A stretch of DNA of 21,283 bases from Candidatus Heimdallarchaeota archaeon (GTDB lineage: Archaea; Asgardarchaeota; Heimdallarchaeia; JABLTI01). The position numbers and the translations under genes are program-made. Shown here one piece after another: positions 1-8,786 of this stretch. Below the pieces are notes generated by a model. The model was not told the origin of the DNA. It ran no database searches and worked only from the letters and a program-made list of their open reading frames with translations. The DNA lies in assembly GCA_019058275.1 (NCBI GenBank), contig JAHLVW010000048.1, positions 1 to 21,283 of the forward strand. Reading direction: 5' to 3'. Every line of letters starts with the position of its first letter. The stretch's first letter is position 1.

Positions 1-570
1 CAGTATAGAATATTAGATGATTTTTAGTAAAATTCCAAAGGTAATTTCCATTATTATCAAGGCATAGTACCGAATGTCTTGTGGTTGTAATTACTTCAAC
101 ATTAGAATCCCCATCAATATTACAAACGAGAGGATTAGCTACTACACGACGATCAATCCATAGTTATAATCCCATAATTTTTTCCTCATAGAGTTGAAAC
201 AATTGAGAGAATAACCATCCGAAATTAAAATTTCATATAACAAGTCATCATTTAAATCAACAACAATCGGTTGACTTTGAGTAAAATGTTCAAATGATAA
301 ATCTATTGACCAAAGTAATTCACCTTCAATGGTATAACAACAAAGTGAATTATCAGTAAAATAAAGGATTTCTTCTATGTTGTCATTATTTATATCTTTA
401 ATAACTAAGTTGGATAGAATAAGATTAGTATAACCCGATGGAGTAATCTCCCAAGTCTTTTTAGGTGTATATTGATAACCAGCAACACTTTGAGAAGCTA
501 TTATTTGCAGAAAAATAATGAAGATGATTATTACAAAGAACGATTTTTTCTTAGCAATTCTCTCTATCAT
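1..570 (-). pseudogene. Exported FG-GAP/PQQ-like beta-propeller repeat protein, frameshifted near 160-165 and running off the left edge
   Basis: ORF 142..570 has a signal peptide and DxNxD-type repeats (DINNDNIEEI, DLNDDLLYEI). Another frame continues with WIDRRVVANPLVCNIDGDSNVEVITTTRHSVLCLDNNGNYLWNF, a third repeat of the same type, open to position 1. The break may be an assembly indel. Confidence 0.7.
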
Positions 571-647
571 ATTTGAATTCCCATTGATATCTTTTTTTTT
601 TCATTATAAAAATAATTCTAATACTTTAATTCAAGAGAATATAATGT

Positions 648-692
648 AAATGTAGAATTTTTGCACCCACTTCTTCTTGAATGGCTAAAAGT
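648..692 (+). repeat. Array repeat copy 1 (left arm type A, short right arm)
   Basis: AAATGTAGAATTTTTGCACCCACTTCTTCTTGAATGGCTAAAAGT, which matches the start of copies 2, 5 and 7. Confidence 0.85.
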
Positions 693-762
693 AGTATATA
701 ATCATAATACAATTTGTGTTTTTGATAATAAAAAATATAGTCTATTCATACTCTGTCTAATT

Positions 763-2181
763 ATGTTAATTCCAACTGATAAGAATAGAACTGATTGCTT
801 TTATTGTCAGGATATAGTTAAAGAAGAAAAAAACTACCCAATAAGGATTGGAAAATACAGCTCAGAAGGACTGGTAAATCGCTGCCTTTGGCACTCAAAG
901 TTCCAGTGCTCGGAATGTAAAGGATTTTTCCATTTTAGTTTCCTTTATTGGTGTCCGACAGCTAATCAAATAATCTGTGGAAAATGCAATAAACCAACTC
1001 TTTACCCAACAAAATTTTGGAATAAAACATATGCTTACGCTTTTGATTGTAAAATTTGTGAAGAACCTCATTTTGATCTCTTATATGCTGAATATACAGG
1101 TAAACACCCATGGCAAATCAATACAAAGAAATTGTACAAGGAAGAGAATGCATTAATACCTATAGTGCAAATTCGTTTCCCTTGGGAACCAATTTGGAAA
1201 CCAGCAGATTTACGGAAAGGTAAAGAAATTACAGTAGAGGAAGCATTGAAAGCAGACAATATAATTCATTCTTATCGAAAACAATCAGGGAATGTTACAT
1301 TTCATTCAGATGTTTTCGCAGATGAAAAAATAGATCTTTCTGATACAAGAGATAGATGGGAAAAAGCAAGTCATACATTTATGCAGTATTATGATAATAT
1401 CGAAGATAAGGGTGATGGAAATAGAAGATTAATTATTGATCCAGCTCTTTGGAAACAAATGGGGGAAATAAAAGGGTTAAGAATATTAGATGCTGGATGT
1501 GGAAATGGATACTTAGCAAGAGAACTAGCTAGAAAAGGAGCGAAAGTAGTTGGTATCGATTTCTCAAAGAATTTCATCGGATTTTGTAGGAAAAAAGAGA
1601 AAGAAGAATCCTTGGGATGTGAGTTCCACATAGGATCATTAACTAATATGACCATGTTTGAATCAGAGTCATTTGATATGGTTGTGTCAAATATTGTTAT
1701 GGTTGATGTTCAAGATTACAAAGCAACATTTAAAGAGATTAGTAGAATCTTAAAACCAGAAGGGAGATTTATTTGGTCAAATCTTCATCCTGTCTTTGGA
1801 TCTAACAATCAGATTTTCTTCAGACTGCCTTTTGACACACCTAGAAATGAAGAAAAATTATTCATACTAATTGACAGATATTTTGATTCCGGTGGATTAT
1901 TAGTTTCATGGGCGAAGAATAAACCAGTCTGGCAATTTCATCGTACACTACAAGAATATACACAAGCACTTTTTGGAGCTGGTTTTCTGATTAGAGAAAT
2001 CATCGAACCCAAACCTGTTCTTGAAGATCTGAAAGATAATCCTAGATCTTTGGCCTTTGATTCTGATCGAAGACCAATTTTTATTATATATGATTGTGTA
2101 AAAAAAAATGTAGAATCACTGCACCCACTTCTTCTTGAAGGGCTAGAAGTCCAGGTTGGTAATGACATGCTGAAGTGGTAA
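763..2181 (+). CDS. Class I SAM-dependent methyltransferase with an N-terminal Cys/His-rich (putative Zn-binding) domain
   Basis: Motif I ILDAGCGNG, followed by VVGIDFS, FDMVVS and RILKPEG. The N-terminus has CFYC, CSEC, CGKC and CKIC. Likely start is ATG 763 because the tracked start at 661 lies inside repeat 1. The last ~25 codons are read-through into repeat 2. Confidence 0.85.
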   Translation: MLIPTDKNRTDCFYCQDIVKEEKNYPIRIGKYSSEGLVNRCLWHSKFQCSECKGFFHFSFLYWCPTANQIICGKCNKPTLYPTKFWNKTYAYAFDCKICEEPHFDLLYAEYTGKHPWQINTKKLYKEENALIPIVQIRFPWEPIWKPADLRKGKEITVEEALKADNIIHSYRKQSGNVTFHSDVFADEKIDLSDTRDRWEKASHTFMQYYDNIEDKGDGNRRLIIDPALWKQMGEIKGLRILDAGCGNGYLARELARKGAKVVGIDFSKNFIGFCRKKEKEESLGCEFHIGSLTNMTMFESESFDMVVSNIVMVDVQDYKATFKEISRILKPEGRFIWSNLHPVFGSNNQIFFRLPFDTPRNEEKLFILIDRYFDSGGLLVSWAKNKPVWQFHRTLQEYTQALFGAGFLIREIIEPKPVLEDLKDNPRSLAFDSDRRPIFIIYDCVKKNVESLHPLLLEGLEVQVGNDMLKW

Positions 2182-2200
2182 GTACCTGCTGGCTGAGCAT
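2106..2200 (+). repeat. Array repeat copy 2 (type A left arm, full right arm)
   Basis: AAATGTAGAATCACTGCACCCACTTCTTCTTGAAGGGCTAGAAGTCCAGGTTGGTAATGACATGCTGAAGTGGTAAGTACCTGCTGGCTGAGCAT, with internal inverted pair CCACTTC (2125-2131) / GAAGTGG (2172-2178). Confidence 0.95.
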
Positions 2201-3582
2201 TAAAGACTAACAGGATTTTCTAAGGGATATGGATCAGTATTATTTCCACCATCTATTTCGTAGATTACTCCTTCATTCCAAACAATATCAGACCAGTAAT
2301 TACCTCCATTTGTACTAATATCATACCAGTAAATCGCTTGATCATGATAATGTGGTAAACTTGTATTTTCAAAAACTTGGGCAATGCCTGAAGGCATTCC
2401 AGCAAGGTTGTTGTAATAAAAATTATTTTGATAGAATAAATTTAAGTACCCAATATATTCAACATAAATACCATATTCAGTATTATTTGCGAATAGGTTC
2501 CTAGTTAAAATTACAAAGTGATTATCATCGAAGAAAAGTCCATTTTGATTCTTTTGAATATAATTGCTAGAAAGTGTAATATTTATACTATATTTAATTG
2601 TCACTCCAGTATTTACATTCGAACTAAAATTATTGCCTAGCACTGTGACAAGTTCTGATGAATCAATAAATATTCCATCTCGATTATTACAAGAAGTATT
2701 ATTTACAATTAGTAGATTATATACATTGAGAACCCTAAGTCCAGGATTTGTACAATTGTTGATTATATTATTGCTAATTGTTGAATATCCAGAACAACAA
2801 ATCAGTAAACCTGTTGTTATTCTGTTATTATTTACCAAAACTTGATCTGAGAAATCAATTTTGAGGTAGCCACATTTATTGTTAATAATTCTGGCAAGGG
2901 AACAATTACTAATATCAATTTTATTTTGAACAGTATTATTTTCTAGAGAAAGAGCAATTGAATTCTCTATGAGAAGTGTTCCATGAAAGAGCTGGTTGTC
3001 AATTATCTTGCAATTTCCAAATGCAGTTCCTCTCACATAAATTGTATTTCTACTTGCATGAATGGTACAGTTACGAATTAAAAAGAAATTCTTAGAATTT
3101 CTTATGTAGATACCATATGTTTTTGTTGTATTTATGTGTAAATTTTCAATTAAAAACGGATTATTTTCTGAACCATCTCCAGAAAAACCATATAATGATT
3201 TGTAATCCCTATCATTGAGTATAACGATTTCTCCCATATCTCTTCGTTCTTGATTAACTTGCCATAAAGTAAAAGGTATTGCTAATCCTGAACCTAAGAT
3301 TAAAATTACAAAGAAAAACCCGAAAAGAGAGCAGCCCCAAAGATTAACATTCTTATTTTTTGCAAATGAAAACCAGGTAATTAATGGAGTATAGACAATG
3401 GCCATTATACCCAGAGCAAAACAAGTAAAAGATATACCAAAAGATTCTCCAAAAGTATAATTTGGATCACTAATTCCACCTGTAAATTTTAAAATAAAGG
3501 GAACAAGAAATAAAGAGACGAATAAGGAAAACCCAATTAGTAAACTAATTAAAGTTTGTTTTTTCATTTGTGTCTTACTCAT
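2200..3582 (-). CDS. Membrane-anchored NosD/CASH-type right-handed beta-helix protein
   Basis: Three N-terminal TM segments, GDGSENNPFLIENL, Asn-rich beta-helix repeats (NNxxGIxI) and the C-terminal GGNYWSD...DPYPL typical of archaeal NosD-domain proteins. The stop codon abuts repeat 2. Confidence 0.85.
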   Translation of the reverse strand: MSKTQMKKQTLISLLIGFSLFVSLFLVPFILKFTGGISDPNYTFGESFGISFTCFALGIMAIVYTPLITWFSFAKNKNVNLWGCSLFGFFFVILILGSGLAIPFTLWQVNQERRDMGEIVILNDRDYKSLYGFSGDGSENNPFLIENLHINTTKTYGIYIRNSKNFFLIRNCTIHASRNTIYVRGTAFGNCKIIDNQLFHGTLLIENSIALSLENNTVQNKIDISNCSLARIINNKCGYLKIDFSDQVLVNNNRITTGLLICCSGYSTISNNIINNCTNPGLRVLNVYNLLIVNNTSCNNRDGIFIDSSELVTVLGNNFSSNVNTGVTIKYSINITLSSNYIQKNQNGLFFDDNHFVILTRNLFANNTEYGIYVEYIGYLNLFYQNNFYYNNLAGMPSGIAQVFENTSLPHYHDQAIYWYDISTNGGNYWSDIVWNEGVIYEIDGGNNTDPYPLENPVSL

Positions 3583-3675
3583 AAAATCAGTCCTCTATTT
3601 CTATTATTACCTATTAATTACATTTCTAATAAACACTCTCTCTTGATAGTTTAGAAACAGTTAACGGAAAAAATT

Positions 3676-3729
3676 GATGCGACAGGACTCACACTTCTTC
3701 TTTAAGGTCTAGAAGTCCAGTTCGGTAAT
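3676..3729 (+). repeat. Array repeat copy 3 (type B left arm, truncated right arm)
   Basis: GATGCGACAGGACTCACACTTCTTCTTTAAGGTCTAGAAGTCCAGTTCGGTAAT. Confidence 0.95.
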
Positions 3730-3730
3730 C

Positions 3731-3763
3731 AAAGAAAGGATTATATATCGCAAGACCTTAATA
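3731..3763 (+). promoter_or_regulatory. Putative archaeal BRE/TATA promoter shared with 10371-10401
   Basis: Purine-rich AAAGAAAG followed by TATATATCGCAAGACC (3742-3757), identical over 16 bp to 10380-10395, about 40 bp upstream of ATG 3782. Confidence 0.6.
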
Positions 3764-3781
3764 TGTATGAGTTGCACGAGG

Positions 3782-4461
3782 ATGAAAGGTTTAAGCAAGA
3801 TCCAAGTAGGATTTCTAGTACAGATTTTATTTATTTTGCTAATTTTTACTAATTTAATTAATATGTTCAAAATATGATTGATGAAAACGAAATGCCTGAA
3901 GATTATAAAAAACTGGAACTTGTAGCATATAATATTACCTGGAAATTAGCTGATCCTGCTTATTATGCAGATACTTGTAAAAATTACTCAGTTTTTGAAT
4001 TAAATGTTGATTTTAAAATAAATAATTCAAACAACTATATTGTTAATATTACCTTTTGTTGTGGATTGGAATTCTTCCGTGTGAATGTAAGCGCAGACTT
4101 AAGAAATATAAGAACAAAGGTCATAGACTGTAATGTTTTTGCAGCTTTTCAATCAATTACTACAATTCACATACAACAAGGAATCACTCATAGGACAACA
4201 GTTTCATATTTAGGTTTTAGTGATCCAAACTTAACTGAGCTGCCAGATAGCGAATATATTATTTGGTTAACACTTTTTCAATTTGGTGAAACCTATACAG
4301 ATTCAACTCGAACAAAACTAACTATTAGGAATGGTTTACCGTCGTTTGAATATAACTACATTCCAACAATAAACTTACCAATCAAAATTTCCACTATACT
4401 ATGTTCTCTATTAATAGTGGCTTTTGTAATTCAATATAAAAAAACGGAAAAAATGACTTAA
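3782..4461 (+). pseudogene. Exported/membrane-anchored hypothetical protein, paralog of 10414..10956; signal peptide split off by a 1-nt frameshift near 3860
   Basis: ATG 3782 encodes MKGLSKIQVGFLVQILFILLIFTNLIN. Adding one T at ~3860 joins it to YVQN-MIDENE of ORF 3874..4461. There is a C-terminal TM segment and basic tail. Motifs shared with the paralog: NITWKL/NLSWSI, FELNVDFKINN/FRIDADYQINN, IQQGIT/IEQGIT, LPDSEYIIW/LPDGKYSFW. Confidence 0.65.
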
Positions 4462-4597
4462 ATTTACTGTTAATTTCAATTAATTTTTTAAATTATTTTT
4501 TCTCTAGCAGTCTTTTTATTTTGACTTTAGATAAAAAGTAATCTAAGAATTGAATTGTTTTATCCTTTGTAATTTTATGATTAATTACTAATCACCA

Positions 4598-4984
4598 CTA
4601 GTTAATTAATTTAAGTTTCTGAAATTTTTTTAATAATTTAATTGGTGTTTGTGTTCCAGATGTACTTTCTATATTATAAAAAGACAATAGTTTCATAGAC
4701 CAAATGGAAATATATTCTTCATTGGAAGGTAGTTTGACAATTGAACCTTTTTCCTTACCAAAACTATAACTGAAATGATTATGTTCAATTTCTACTGGCC
4801 ATTTAATTCCTGGATGTATTGGTTTGGGTAATATAATTAGACTTTCACTAAAAACTGATGAATTGTTAATTATAATTATACTATTTCTTGTATGCATTTC
4901 ACCATTAATCAAACGTTCAGCTGTTTCAATGAAATAATTTGAATCTTTATTTAGTGCTGATACAAAAATGAAATCTAAACTCAT
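4598..4984 (-). CDS. Hypothetical protein, possibly a 5'-truncated remnant
   Basis: 128-aa ORF with no recognised motif. The frame is open for a further 16 codons upstream (IAASVVVTFTTTSNKN) before a TAA. Confidence 0.35.
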   Translation of the reverse strand: MSLDFIFVSALNKDSNYFIETAERLINGEMHTRNSIIIINNSSVFSESLIILPKPIHPGIKWPVEIEHNHFSYSFGKEKGSIVKLPSNEEYISIWSMKLLSFYNIESTSGTQTPIKLLKKFQKLKLIN

Positions 4985-5089
4985 GTTTTTATTGGAGGTT
5001 GTGGTGAATGTAACTACTACAGAAGCTGCAATTTAAAATTTTACAAACCATCAAGAAGTTGTTGATTAGTATTAATTGAATTTTTTCTT

Positions 5090-5117
5090 AAAAAAAAAGC
5101 TCTTCAAAGAGAAGAGC
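5090..5117 (-). terminator. Hairpin plus oligo-T terminator of the 5122..5835 gene
   Basis: Perfect 7-bp stem GCTCTTC (5099-5105) / GAAGAGC (5111-5117), followed on the minus strand by T9, 4 nt after the stop codon. Confidence 0.7.
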
Positions 5118-5121
5118 CACT

Positions 5122-5835
5122 TTAAATATAAATAGCCATACTATCCATTACATTATACCAAGCAGAATCTGGGTATTCATATGATGTTGCCCAATTATCA
5201 TAAGGATAAGGTCCAAAGAACCCATATGTGAATTCACCATCATCATGCCAATCGGAATATTTTTGAATGCTTCCATAGTTAGAATCATCTATTCTAAACT
5301 TGAGAATACATCCATAATAAAGGCAGATATTCATTTGTTGATTTAGATCAATAATTCCACCACGGATACCAACAAATTTGTCATCGTAATCATTTGGATA
5401 ATCAAATGATTCAGTTTTATAAGCATGGATATGATACCGTCCATTGCCTACAGGATCTGTTGTTGCATCATCAGTTGTGATCCAAAGTCTTTCCCATAAA
5501 TTTCCATAGGGATTGAAAATGTCTACTTGAAAGTTCTTAGTAAAGGATAAATCGTAGAAATAATCAATTTGTGCAATATAAGTTATTCTCCAACCATCAT
5601 TAGACAATAAATATTCTTTAATGACATAATGTATTCTAGTACCATCACCAGTACTTATGTACCCTTCGTCATAATTGTATACCCATATTCGTTTGAGAGT
5701 TGCAGTTATTGTACCTCCTCCACCCACACCAGGGTCTAACTCAATTGGTGGAGCTATTACTATACTAACAGTAGGTATAAGAATTGCTAAGAAAAATATT
5801 GAAAAACCAATCAAATTCATTTTTTTTCTCATCAC
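5122..5835 (-). CDS. Secreted hypothetical protein (signal peptide, PGVGGGG linker, Tyr/Asp/Trp-rich body)
   Basis: 237-aa ORF with a basic then hydrophobic N-terminus and a GAGGTG RBS-like sequence at the start. It is followed by a terminator. Confidence 0.7.
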   Translation of the reverse strand: MMRKKMNLIGFSIFFLAILIPTVSIVIAPPIELDPGVGGGGTITATLKRIWVYNYDEGYISTGDGTRIHYVIKEYLLSNDGWRITYIAQIDYFYDLSFTKNFQVDIFNPYGNLWERLWITTDDATTDPVGNGRYHIHAYKTESFDYPNDYDDKFVGIRGGIIDLNQQMNICLYYGCILKFRIDDSNYGSIQKYSDWHDDGEFTYGFFGPYPYDNWATSYEYPDSAWYNVMDSMAIYI

Positions 5836-6085
5836 ATCACCTCGAATTTTTTTGGTTGATAAAATCAGATTGAAATGATTTAATAAGATTCTTAGGGGAT
5901 TTACCCAAGGATAAGAATTCGAAAAATCAATTTTTACTGGTTCTTAGTTCTATTTTTAGGATTCTTATCGAAGTATAAAAATGTAATGAAAATCAGCTTC
6001 AGAAATTTCACAAAAATTTAATAAATATGGAGAGAATATGTTTGTTAAAAGGAAAAGTTGGGATTTTTGTTCTTGAGGGTATTAA

Positions 6086-7846
6086 ATGTCTTCCAGAATT
6101 GCTATTGGAAAAATTACTGAAAAACAATTATCTAAAGAATTCTTCCAATATTTTAAAAAAATATCTGCATTTTTAGATGCTCAAGTGAAAAAAATTAAAA
6201 TGAAAGTAAAAATACAGAAAGCAGATTCAGATGTTGTAATTCATGACTATGGAAAAGGTTTTGGCGTGATCACCGAAAATGAACAAATAATTTTAGCTAA
6301 TTGGTTGTTTAATTTACCACAACGTGAAAAGGAGATACTATTAAAATTCTTATTAATAAGGGAAGGATTTCGAGTTCATTTTAATAATCAAATTAAATCA
6401 TCACATTTTTACAATGATTTGGTTGAAATCTTGTTAAATATTATTGCAGCTCTTTGGATAATTAATGATCGAGGATATAAGCTTGGAAGTCCACAAGTGA
6501 TAGATATTCGTGGACGGATAGCTTTCGATGATACACAAGTTTTCAATCATAATTATTGGGAATGGGTTTTACTCGATTGGTACAATTATAGATTAAGCAC
6601 AATGGAATTATTTAATAAATTAGTCTCGAGCATTAATTTAGCTATTGAAAAAAAATTTTCTTTGAAGCATCTTGTTGATGATTTTAAATCATGGTTAGAA
6701 AACCAAGTTCAGAAGGTATTTTTACTAGCATTACCATTAAGCTTGAAGAAAAAAAAATTTGATATTATTAAATCAATGATTACTTTAGGTTATGATAAAT
6801 CATCTGCTAAAGAAGTAGGAAAATTAGTTAATCGAAGCTATAATGTGGTTGATATAGCTTTTAAAGAATTATTTGAAAAATATCAAGTCTATTGGCGGGC
6901 AAATATTAATCTTCCATTAATAAGATTATATCCTTATTATTTTAGAATAACTCTTAATGATAAAAAATTCAAATCACAGTTAATCAAGAAGTTTAAAACA
7001 ATTCCTTATCTAAAAGAATTAGATGAAAGCTTTTCTAAAAATAAACATACTCTTGCAGGTTTTTTGGAGAGTCCTCATTATATTCCTGTTAGTTTAGAAG
7101 AATATTTCGAAAAACTCGTTCGAAAAAAAATTGCGGACAATTTCTTTTGTCAGATGATAAGAAGAAAAACACTGTATACCACAATTACAACAGAGAAATT
7201 AAAACCAAATAAAGAAACATATAAGCAAGTGTTTGAAAATCCAAACAAAGAGAAAAATCTGACATTAACTATCCTAGATGATCGTTTTGATATTACAAAA
7301 CCTCCAAAGGAAAAGAAAGCAGTTTTTGATGAGAATGTTCTTAATTTCATTACATTAATTAAGGCTCGCTATTTAGGGAAAGCTCATTATATGTTATCAC
7401 CTCTAACAAAAGTATATGAATTTTGCAAGAAAAATGACATTGATTCTATTGATTCATTGGCTGTTAAATATTTCTTGAATCAATTAGATATTAGATGTAG
7501 AAGATTAGGCTTAATAAATTACTTCCTGAATATTCAGAATATTAGTAATTATGGTGATGCTTTGTTCTTTGAATTACAAGAGGATCCTAAAAGTGATTTG
7601 TCTATGTCTATTATTGAAAAAGCAAAAATCTTTTCTCCTATGATTGTTAAAGAGTTCTTTCAGAGAACAGCTATTTTGTTTCCAAAAGTAAGTATAAATA
7701 ATCCTCTTCGTGAAGTGTTAGAGGAATTTATTCGTAATATTGGTGTTGAATTTTCAACATATCATTTCAGCTATTATAAAGAATATTTACCTGATGTGCT
7801 CTATATCGATTTATATGATTTTGAAGAAAATCGATGGAAATTCTAG
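6086..7846 (+). CDS. Large soluble protein with a central HTH/Lrp-AsnC-like region; putative transcriptional regulator
   Basis: 586 aa. SAKEVGKLVNRSYNVVDIAFKELFEK followed by INLPLIRLYPYYF resembles a wHTH plus Lrp-type linker. It is divergent from the secreted-protein gene. The family assignment is inference. Confidence 0.5.
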   Translation: MSSRIAIGKITEKQLSKEFFQYFKKISAFLDAQVKKIKMKVKIQKADSDVVIHDYGKGFGVITENEQIILANWLFNLPQREKEILLKFLLIREGFRVHFNNQIKSSHFYNDLVEILLNIIAALWIINDRGYKLGSPQVIDIRGRIAFDDTQVFNHNYWEWVLLDWYNYRLSTMELFNKLVSSINLAIEKKFSLKHLVDDFKSWLENQVQKVFLLALPLSLKKKKFDIIKSMITLGYDKSSAKEVGKLVNRSYNVVDIAFKELFEKYQVYWRANINLPLIRLYPYYFRITLNDKKFKSQLIKKFKTIPYLKELDESFSKNKHTLAGFLESPHYIPVSLEEYFEKLVRKKIADNFFCQMIRRKTLYTTITTEKLKPNKETYKQVFENPNKEKNLTLTILDDRFDITKPPKEKKAVFDENVLNFITLIKARYLGKAHYMLSPLTKVYEFCKKNDIDSIDSLAVKYFLNQLDIRCRRLGLINYFLNIQNISNYGDALFFELQEDPKSDLSMSIIEKAKIFSPMIVKEFFQRTAILFPKVSINNPLREVLEEFIRNIGVEFSTYHFSYYKEYLPDVLYIDLYDFEENRWKF

Positions 7847-7965
7847 TTTATACTAAATTAAAACCTGTACAACTTTGAAATCGGGGTACAATTACTTAAA
7901 TTAAAACAAAACGTTAATGATGGAAATCATTAATGAGGATTAACTTGTCGGGTTTTTTGGAAATA

Positions 7966-8472
7966 TCATTCTATTGGTGCACCACAATTTGAACAGAATT
8001 TCTCATTAAAATTCAAAGCTTTACCACATGATTGACAGAATTTCGATTCACTTTTCGATATAGATTCAGCTTGTATTTGAATTGTATCTGTAGCATCCAT
8101 AGATTGTACTACAGTTGATCTGTAAATATAATATCTAATTGTTGAAATAATAGCAGTCATTACATTGAGTCCAATTATTAACCATACCCACCAATCATTA
8201 TAATCCCACTAGCCAGCTGCAAGAATTCCAATAATATAGAATAATAAGATTACGATTAGCAAAAACATCCATGAGCCTAACATAGAAATGAAACGTGGTC
8301 TTCTTCCCCGTCTATCTACAATAAATTTTATTGTTGCTGACAAAGCGAATATTAGTAAAATACCTCCAACAAACCAAATCCACCAATCTGCTATAGTAAA
8401 CCATCCTGCTGCTAGAATTCCTATAAGTCCAAAGAAAAACATCCAAAAAACAAAAATTGACCATGGCATCAA
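7966..8472 (-). pseudogene. Membrane protein with duplicated TM-hairpin motif and C-terminal zinc ribbon, interrupted by an in-frame TAG at 8209-8211
   Basis: ORFs 8209..8472 and 7966..8160 are in the same frame, joined by WDYNDWWVWLIIGLNV. Internal repeat GILAAGWFTIADWWIW versus GILAAG*WDYNDWWVW. C-terminus FCQSCG...FCSNCG. Confidence 0.8.
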
Positions 8473-8582
8473 TAGAAAACTGATTAGTAAACATTAAAAG
8501 AACACTAAATCTGGTCAAAGGGTCATAATCTTTGGTATAATGTTTAAAATCTTCATGTGAAATAGAAAAATAATCAAATAAA

Positions 8583-8668
8583 GATGCACACTCACACTTC
8601 TTCTTTAAGGACTAAGTCTGTTTCAGAAAGGACACGCTTAGGTGGGAAGTATCTGCTGGCTGAGCATC
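8583..8668 (+). repeat. Array repeat copy 4 (B-like left arm, full right arm, diverged centre)
   Basis: GATGCACACTCACACTTCTTCTTTAAGGACTAAGTCTGTTTCAGAAAGGACACGCTTAGGTGGGAAGTATCTGCTGGCTGAGCATC, with terminal GATGC/GCATC inversion. Confidence 0.95.
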
Positions 8669-8786
8669 TCGCCCGAAGAATATATAAAAAATATATTCTA
8701 ATGTCTATATGATAAGGAAATGAAAAGATTATTTGTTTTGAGCATTGAAGCTTTTATTGCAGAAGGATCAAAGAGATGGGATAGAA

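Noticed and set aside
661-762. N-terminal 34 aa of the tracked 506-aa ORF
   Set aside because: It starts at a TTG inside repeat 1 and runs through AT-rich promoter-like DNA. ATG 763 is the more plausible start.
1938-2168. Repeat as a duplicated protein C-terminus (minus-strand SLPNWTSRP*, also seen in ORF 10323..10580)
   Set aside because: Stops and indels differ among copies and no frame is consistently preserved. These ORFs are antisense shadows of real genes.
2106-2200. Canonical integron attC sites
   Set aside because: No RYYYAAC/GTTRRRY terminal boxes on either strand, many copies lack one arm, and no intI is in the window. Retained only as an analogy.
8583-8674. tRNA or tRNA fragment on the minus strand (GGGCGAGATGCTCAGCCAG start, GGACTTCTAG resembling an Arg/Pyl/Sec anticodon loop, 9-bp closing stem)
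   Set aside because: No TTCRA T-loop, the putative anticodon stem does not pair, and the spacing does not fit a cloverleaf. tRNAscan-SE or ARAGORN would settle it.
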